Positions 58,508 through 64,000 of a stretch of 64,000 nucleotides of DNA are shown in pieces (the stretch's first letter is position 1; the number at the start of each line of letters is the position of its first letter). Origin of the DNA: an uncultured Nitrospinaceae bacterium (GTDB lineage Bacteria > UBA8248); assembly GCA_964558115.1 (NCBI GenBank), contig CAZLCI010000002.1, forward strand, positions 507 to 64,506, given 5' to 3'. A program made the position numbers and the translations under genes. The notes beneath the pieces were generated by a model, which was not told where the DNA came from, ran no database searches, and saw only the letters and a list, made by a program, of their open reading frames with translations.

Positions 58508-59452
58508 TTAAGTTCCTGTTGTTTGTTCTGTTTCTGGTGCCCAAAAAAGAACCCTCTTCTTTACAAAATGAACAGCTTTATGCATTGCTAAACCTATCAT
58601 TGAGAGAAGTACCAAAATGGCAAATGTACCAGTGGTATCGGCAGCAAAACTCATCTGCATTAAGAGAACTCCTAATCCGCATTGTCCTTTTCCACCCCAC
58701 ATACACATGCCCGCACCAACAAACTCTCCTAGTAGTGCACCAAGCAAACTAAAAACTACTGCTATCTCAAATCCTGCAAAAATAAAAGGTAGAGCATTTG
58801 GAAATTGTAATTTTCTAAAGGTGGTCCACCTTGAAGCTGATAAAGAACGAAGCAAATCTAACTGGTCTTGATCTGCAGATCTTAAACCAACCATCGTATT
58901 TACAAGAAGTGGAAAGAAAGCAACTAATCCTGCCAGAAAAATCTTAGATTCGATTTCATATCCGAACCAGATTATAAATAATGGTGCAATAGCAAGTTTA
59001 GGCAAAGTCTGGAAAGCTACAACATATGGCATGATAATAGCCTCTACCCATCTAGACTGCATAAAAACTAAACCAAGTCCAAGACCTATAAAACTACCTA
59101 AGAAAAAACCTAATACTGCTTCAAAAAGTGTGTGACTAATATGGAGATAAAAACTATTTTGCATTACACTTGTAAAATCTCCTGCACCAACAGAATCTCC
59201 AGTTTCTATAAAAAAGAGGCCTCTAAGTAAAGATTTACCTACATCAATAGGAGCAGGAAAGATAAAATCATCAACATCAAAAAAGACAACTATAAAATGC
59301 CAAAACAAAAGCAAAAACACAAAAGACACAGGAAATAACCAAAAATTTCTTTTTTGGTAAAGTACTGCTGACAAACTAGAAGTCCGTAATTCCTCGGATT
59401 CATTTATTGAATCCGAGGAATTAGTTTCTGAAATTTCACGATTATTCTTCAT
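58508..59452 (-). CDS. ABC transporter permease (NitT/TauT/SsuC-type)
   Basis: 314 aa; about six hydrophobic helices and the EAA-like loop region typical of binding-protein-dependent permeases. Confidence 0.75.
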   Translation of the reverse strand: MKNNREISETNSSDSINESEELRTSSLSAVLYQKRNFWLFPVSFVFLLLFWHFIVVFFDVDDFIFPAPIDVGKSLLRGLFFIETGDSVGAGDFTSVMQNSFYLHISHTLFEAVLGFFLGSFIGLGLGLVFMQSRWVEAIIMPYVVAFQTLPKLAIAPLFIIWFGYEIESKIFLAGLVAFFPLLVNTMVGLRSADQDQLDLLRSLSASRWTTFRKLQFPNALPFIFAGFEIAVVFSLLGALLGEFVGAGMCMWGGKGQCGLGVLLMQMSFAADTTGTFAILVLLSMIGLAMHKAVHFVKKRVLFWAPETEQTTGT

Positions 59453-59458
59453 ATTTTC

Positions 59459-60607
59459 TTATTGTTTATATTTTTTCAAAAGAGCTCTATATTTTTTCAA
59501 CTCTTTGTCTATATCAAATTTTTTCGCTCTTCTAATTACTTCTTCTTTGTCAAAATTATTTACTTCTGCGATAAGATCATTAGTCCACAAACGTTTTACT
59601 TGTGAATCTGATAATTTTTTATCTAAACCAACAAATTTGACATATTCATTCCATTCTCCCGCATGATGAGCACCAAATCGCTTATCTTTTTCATCATCTA
59701 CCATCAATTTAGGAGCACGTGCATGTAGTACTTTAATAAATTTTTCTGATGCTTTCTTACGACTCATTCCTTTGGGTACCGACTCTGGATAAAGAACCCA
59801 ATGTATTTTTAATGCTGCTTCTGGATTTGTGTAGAAGAAAAGACTACCTTTAGCCAGACCTTTCAGAAAACCAACCGCGGTTTTCCTATTGTTTTTAAGA
59901 TACTTTGTGTTAAGCCATACTACATTCCCAAATAAATTCTTTGTCCAACTTTCCTGATAAGGAACAAATCTCAATTTAAAACCTGCAGCTTGTGTAAGAG
60001 TATATTGAACATCAACACTTGCCCAAGCATCGATTCTACCAAGCTTCATGGCTGTAGCTGCTTTTGATCCTGCACCTACTGGAAGAAAAATAACATTTTG
60101 TTTTGCGGCAGGAATGCCACAAGTTTCAAGCGCTTTTTTAATAAAAATTTGACCTGCATCCCTTGCACTCATTAATCCAACTCTCTTACCCTGCAGATCA
60201 CAAACAGATTTTATTGAACTATTTGGTGGAACAGCGACTGCTTCACCATAAATTGCATCTCTATTTAAAATATAAACACCTGTAACTGGTGGCCACTTTT
60301 TTCCTCTTGCCGCTTTAAATAAAATAGGAATAGGCCTAGGTAATCCTACATGGGTTCTCCCAGCTAGTACCCAACCCATTGCTTGTGCACCACCTTGAGC
60401 AGCAACAAATTCAGCATCTACTCCCTCTTCTTGATAATATCCAAGAAAATTACTCACCCAAAGAAATGCTAATCCTGGATTAAAAAGTGGATTTGCCATA
60501 GTAACTTTAATGTTCGATAGTTTTTTAGCCGCAAAACTCTTATTGGTTGGCGCAAGCAGAACTAACAAACAAAGTACCAAAAAAATTCTTAAAAAATACT
60601 TACCCAT
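59459..60607 (-). CDS. ABC transporter periplasmic substrate-binding protein (NMT1/THI5-like, NitT/TauT family)
   Basis: The track ORF extends to 60724 and overlaps the upstream gene. The likely start is the internal ATG at 60607 (MGKYFLRIFLVLCLLVLLAPTNKSFAAKK signal peptide), preceded by the RBS GGGGGAG. Confidence 0.7.
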   Translation of the reverse strand: MGKYFLRIFLVLCLLVLLAPTNKSFAAKKLSNIKVTMANPLFNPGLAFLWVSNFLGYYQEEGVDAEFVAAQGGAQAMGWVLAGRTHVGLPRPIPILFKAARGKKWPPVTGVYILNRDAIYGEAVAVPPNSSIKSVCDLQGKRVGLMSARDAGQIFIKKALETCGIPAAKQNVIFLPVGAGSKAATAMKLGRIDAWASVDVQYTLTQAAGFKLRFVPYQESWTKNLFGNVVWLNTKYLKNNRKTAVGFLKGLAKGSLFFYTNPEAALKIHWVLYPESVPKGMSRKKASEKFIKVLHARAPKLMVDDEKDKRFGAHHAGEWNEYVKFVGLDKKLSDSQVKRLWTNDLIAEVNNFDKEEVIRRAKKFDIDKELKKYRALLKKYKQ

Positions 60608-60638
60608 AATCACTCCCCCTTTAAGAAATGAAAAAAAA

Positions 60639-61406
60639 TCAATCTTCAATAATTGCAACCGGCCTAACCCAAGCACCACTTGCATCTTTAATATTAATTG
60701 GAAAACAACAAAGCTTGAAACCATGTGGTTTAGGAATAGATCCTATATTTGCAACTTGCTCTATCTGAAAGTACTCACGTTGCCTTCCTAAAATATGGTG
60801 GCATGGCATCAAAGACTCTCTTTTTCCAGCTTTAAATTCAGGAATTTGATTGCTAAAAGGTCTATCAAACCCAAAAGCATCAATACAAATCACTCGGACA
60901 CCTCGGTCAAGCAAGAATTCCGTAGACTCAATGCTCATACCTGGGTGGAGTTCAGAATAATTTGGATCATCCCTTTTTTCGTCCGTACCAGTCCAAAGAA
61001 GTATGATGTTTCCTTCTTTAACTTCATATTCTATTTTTTTTAAGCAGGACTCTATATCACTTGCCGTTATCCAATCTCCCGTATTCTTATGACGCAAATC
61101 TAATACAACTCCGTCTCCATAGCACCATTCTAGTGGGATTTGATCTACCTTCCTCGAAACCTCTCCTGCAACAGTAGGTCCATAATGCCACGGTGCATCC
61201 ATGTGAGTTGCTGAATGTGTAGAAACCGTGACCATTTCAGCAGCTCCGCCAACACCATCATGTATATCTTCTATTTTGACACCCCATTTTTTTGCCGAAT
61301 TAGTTCCAAACTCCTTATGATCCATATAAGTTATTTCCGGAGGACGTGGTTCATAAGAGCCATTCATCATTGGAGTACTAAGATCAATAAATTGAACTGC
61401 ACACAT
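60639..61406 (-). CDS. cyclase-family metal-dependent hydrolase (kynurenine-formamidase/isatin-hydrolase-like)
   Basis: 255 aa; the HxGTHxDxPxH cyclase signature (STHSATHMDAPWHYG). Confidence 0.7.
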   Translation of the reverse strand: MCAVQFIDLSTPMMNGSYEPRPPEITYMDHKEFGTNSAKKWGVKIEDIHDGVGGAAEMVTVSTHSATHMDAPWHYGPTVAGEVSRKVDQIPLEWCYGDGVVLDLRHKNTGDWITASDIESCLKKIEYEVKEGNIILLWTGTDEKRDDPNYSELHPGMSIESTEFLLDRGVRVICIDAFGFDRPFSNQIPEFKAGKRESLMPCHHILGRQREYFQIEQVANIGSIPKPHGFKLCCFPINIKDASGAWVRPVAIIED

Positions 61407-61441
61407 ATTTTTTCCTTACCTCTAAGTATAAATAAAATATT

Positions 61442-62677
61442 TTAAACAACCCAAAGTTTTCTTTCCTGCGGATATATAAAATCATACCCATCTTTCGTGA
61501 CTATTACAGTCTTTTCAATCTGAGTTCCACCTACACCAAAAACCTGACAAGGATTCTCAATACAAATAGTCGTTCCTTCTTCCAATGGAAAATCACTTGA
61601 GGAAGGCAGAAAAGGACTATTTGTTGGAGAAGGATCAGAGAGAACATAAGGGACTTCTCTTTGTTCCAATCCAATAGCATGACCTGCAAAATTCCCATTA
61701 TGTTCAGGAAGACCCCCTTCTTTCGTACCTTCTAACAGTGCTCTATAAATCTCAGATCCTAATACACCTGCTTTTACCTTTGAAAGACCTGCGTCAAAAC
61801 CTGCTAGGGTTGCATCCCAAATATTAAGTTGTTCATCAGTTGGTTCTCCAAGAACTCCGCCCCAACCTGTATCAGACTGATAATTTCCAAGTACAAGACC
61901 AGCATCAAATTTCCACATTTCTCCTTTATTTATTTTTTTGTCCGTAGGAGGGAAAATTCCGGTCGCACGTCTACCAGAACAAAAGTGAAACCACTGCCAA
62001 ATTCCACCCCCTCTACCAACTTCACTTCGGAAAACAGAGGCAACTTCTTGTTCTGTTGCTCCTTCTTTTACAGCTTCAGAAGCTGCAATACAAGATTTCT
62101 CATTTAGAGCTGCCGCAGCTTTCATAGCATTGAGTTCATCTTGAGTTTTTACCATTCTAATTAGACGGAATAAATCACTAGCCTCTATTATTTCTGCATC
62201 AGGAAGAGCGTCCTCAATTTGTTTCCTTACAGTAGGAGTTACCCTTTCCTGATCAAGAGCTAATCTTCCCTTGTCTAAACCTCTGTCACGTAGGGCCATT
62301 GCAAGAGATGCTCCTGGACTTTTTTCTCGCTTGGAATCGTTATTGTACATTCCTAAGTAAGTTTCTTCTTCTGGAGTTTCCGCTTTTTTATCTGGTGGTT
62401 GGATAAGAGCACTTTTACCACCAAAAGTATAATGTTCCTTAATCCATGATTGTTGCATAGAGACATATGTTACTTCCTGTCCAGGAACTATCAATGCAGG
62501 AGATATCGATTCATCAACAGCAAAGAGAGCAAACATATGAACTGAATATGCATATACTTTATTTGACCATCCAACCGTGCCCCCAAGATATGTCACATTT
62601 TCCGGAGTACTAGCAATGAGTACATCTACATTGAACTCTTTCATCAATTTTCTTGCACGACTTTCATTTAAATACAT
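61442..62677 (-). CDS. M24-family metallopeptidase/amidinohydrolase (Xaa-Pro aminopeptidase/creatinase/ectoine-hydrolase-like)
   Basis: Creatinase-like N-terminal domain followed by a pita-bread catalytic domain with His/Asp/Glu metal ligands (…HAIGLE…). The track ORF starts at 62761; an internal ATG at 62677 preceded by GGAGA is a more plausible start. Confidence 0.65.
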   Translation of the reverse strand: MYLNESRARKLMKEFNVDVLIASTPENVTYLGGTVGWSNKVYAYSVHMFALFAVDESISPALIVPGQEVTYVSMQQSWIKEHYTFGGKSALIQPPDKKAETPEEETYLGMYNNDSKREKSPGASLAMALRDRGLDKGRLALDQERVTPTVRKQIEDALPDAEIIEASDLFRLIRMVKTQDELNAMKAAAALNEKSCIAASEAVKEGATEQEVASVFRSEVGRGGGIWQWFHFCSGRRATGIFPPTDKKINKGEMWKFDAGLVLGNYQSDTGWGGVLGEPTDEQLNIWDATLAGFDAGLSKVKAGVLGSEIYRALLEGTKEGGLPEHNGNFAGHAIGLEQREVPYVLSDPSPTNSPFLPSSSDFPLEEGTTICIENPCQVFGVGGTQIEKTVIVTKDGYDFIYPQERKLWVV

Positions 62678-62857
62678 ATGGTAATCTCCAAAAACAAACA
62701 ACCGCATAGATGCGTAGAAAGATATTGAATATACAATTGATTTATGAAAGCAAATTAGCACTTTTTTCTTTGCTTCGTAAATAGGATGTAGATAAAAAAC
62801 TTAAAAGATGATATCTATTGTCCCCAATAAATATAATTTTGGATTGGGTAGGCAAGA

Positions 62858-64000
62858 ATGGAATCAAAAAAAACTAAAAACAATAACGAGTCGTTAAAGT
62901 GGCTTGAGATTTCTGATAAACTTAGCAGAAGCAGATTTGCCTCCCGGGCAAAAACAATAGACGAAGAATCCAGATTTCCAAAAGAGAATTACGAGGACCT
63001 TAAGGAAACAGGACTGCTTGCACTTTCTGTTCCCAAGGAATATGGAGGAATTGGGGCAGATGCTCTCACTTACGTAAAAGTTTTATCAAATATAGCAAGA
63101 GGCTGTGCATCCACTGGACTAACATTTAATATGCATAGTGCGGTTGTAGACTTCATGAAACAACTTGCCTCCCCAGAGCAACAAGAAGAATACTTCACAA
63201 AAGTAGTAAAAGATGGTGCTATTTTTGCCTCTATTACTAGTGAGCCAGGAAGCTCTTTTAGAGACAAATTATCCGTTCGAACCTCAATAAGAAAATTTGA
63301 AGAAAGTAAATTTAAAATCCAAGGCAAAAAACATTTCTGTTCTTTATCTACGGGTGCGGATTTTTACTTTACTTGGAGTTTTTTGGATGGTTCAGAAAAT
63401 TTAAAAGACGGACTTTATAATGTTATGATTCCTTCTTCACGTGAGGGTATTGAGATTTTAGATGATTGGAATACGATTGGAATGAGAGGTACTGCATCTA
63501 ATTCAGTCATATTCAATGATGTAGAGGTATCTAAAGAAGAAGTGATTGGAGTTCCAGGTAGTATACTTGGCAAAGATATGAGTATGTGGTCACTCGGATA
63601 TACTGCTGTATATATAGGAATAGCAGAAGCAGCATACGAATTCACATTGAACTACGCTAAAAACAAGAAATCTGGATTAGGAGTTCCATTACCTGAACTA
63701 GAGAGAACTCAAAGACAGATTGGAGAAATGTCAATGATTCTCGAAAACGCTAGAAGAGCTGCTGAAAAACTTGGGATGCTCCGTGGAAATATGAATAAAA
63801 TGGAACTAACCTTTATGTTAAATCAGGCAAAATATTTAGCAACTGAAGCCGCTAGAGAATTGGCAGAAAGAGGAATCCGCTTTTGTGGAGGTCTTGGTCT
63901 TCAACGTGATCTTCCGCTAGAAAGACATCTCAGAGATTCTATTGCAGGAGTTGTGATGCCACCATCAAACGATCGTTGTCTAGAAACAGTTGGGCAAATC
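62858..64000 (+). CDS. acyl-CoA dehydrogenase (3' end beyond the window)
   Basis: Open reading frame from the ATG at 62858 to the window end: MESKKTKNNNESLKWLEISDKL…ITSEPGSSFRDK…GIRFCGGLGLQRDLPLERHLRD…, an acyl-CoA dehydrogenase N/M/C-domain pattern. Not in the ORF track because it is open-ended. Confidence 0.75.
   Translation, partial: MESKKTKNNNESLKWLEISDKLSRSRFASRAKTIDEESRFPKENYEDLKETGLLALSVPKEYGGIGADALTYVKVLSNIARGCASTGLTFNMHSAVVDFMKQLASPEQQEEYFTKVVKDGAIFASITSEPGSSFRDKLSVRTSIRKFEESKFKIQGKKHFCSLSTGADFYFTWSFLDGSENLKDGLYNVMIPSSREGIEILDDWNTIGMRGTASNSVIFNDVEVSKEEVIGVPGSILGKDMSMWSLGYTAVYIGIAEAAYEFTLNYAKNKKSGLGVPLPELERTQRQIGEMSMILENARRAAEKLGMLRGNMNKMELTFMLNQAKYLATEAARELAERGIRFCGGLGLQRDLPLERHLRDSIAGVVMPPSNDRCLETVGQI

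Noticed and set aside
60608-60724. ORF-track start of the substrate-binding-protein gene at 60724, overlapping the cyclase gene by 86 nt
   Set aside because: The N-terminal 39 residues have no signal-peptide character. The internal ATG at 60607 gives a typical lipoprotein/signal peptide and has a strong GGGGGAG RBS, so the shorter gene is preferred.
1-64000. Checked for CRISPR arrays, tRNA/rRNA genes, integrases, transposases and IS inverted repeats
   Set aside because: No regularly spaced direct repeats, no cloverleaf-capable conserved tRNA boxes in intergenic gaps, and no ORFs with DDE, tyrosine-recombinase or serine-recombinase motifs were found. The catabolic island shows no obvious mobility signatures.

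Overview
This is a low-GC (roughly one-third G+C), gene-dense bacterial chromosomal segment with short intergenic spacers and no rRNA, tRNA, CRISPR or obvious mobile elements. From about 1 to 27.6 kb the content is housekeeping: rlmN (partial), a HAD phosphatase, an EamA transporter, the conserved folD–xseA–xseB–ispA–dxs–tlyA block, cysE–nifS–nifU, a fused FeS/molybdopterin oxidoreductase with a membrane partner, greA, hydantoinase A/B flanked by aminotransferases, maf, a polyprenyl synthase and thiI. From about 27.6 to 64 kb it is an accessory-looking catabolic island with many paralogous duplicates (three acyl-CoA dehydrogenases, two family-III CoA-transferases, two split MaoC hydratase pairs, two CocE/NonD hydrolases, two acetolactate-synthase-like TPP enzymes, two BKACE/DUF849 enzymes). 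A roughly 12 kb co-directional minus-strand operon links an ABC importer to these enzymes. The most notable signal is selenium utilisation. selD carries an in-frame UGA at codon 18, aligned to the catalytic Cys17 of E. coli SelD, followed by a SECIS-like hairpin. An OsmC/Ohr-family peroxiredoxin, split in the ORF track into two ORFs, is a single reading frame through an in-frame UGA at the peroxidatic Cys position, again with a downstream hairpin. This makes it a candidate Sec-containing OsmC-like selenoprotein. Many short ORFs in the supplied track lie antisense to, or overlap, well-supported genes and are treated as spurious.
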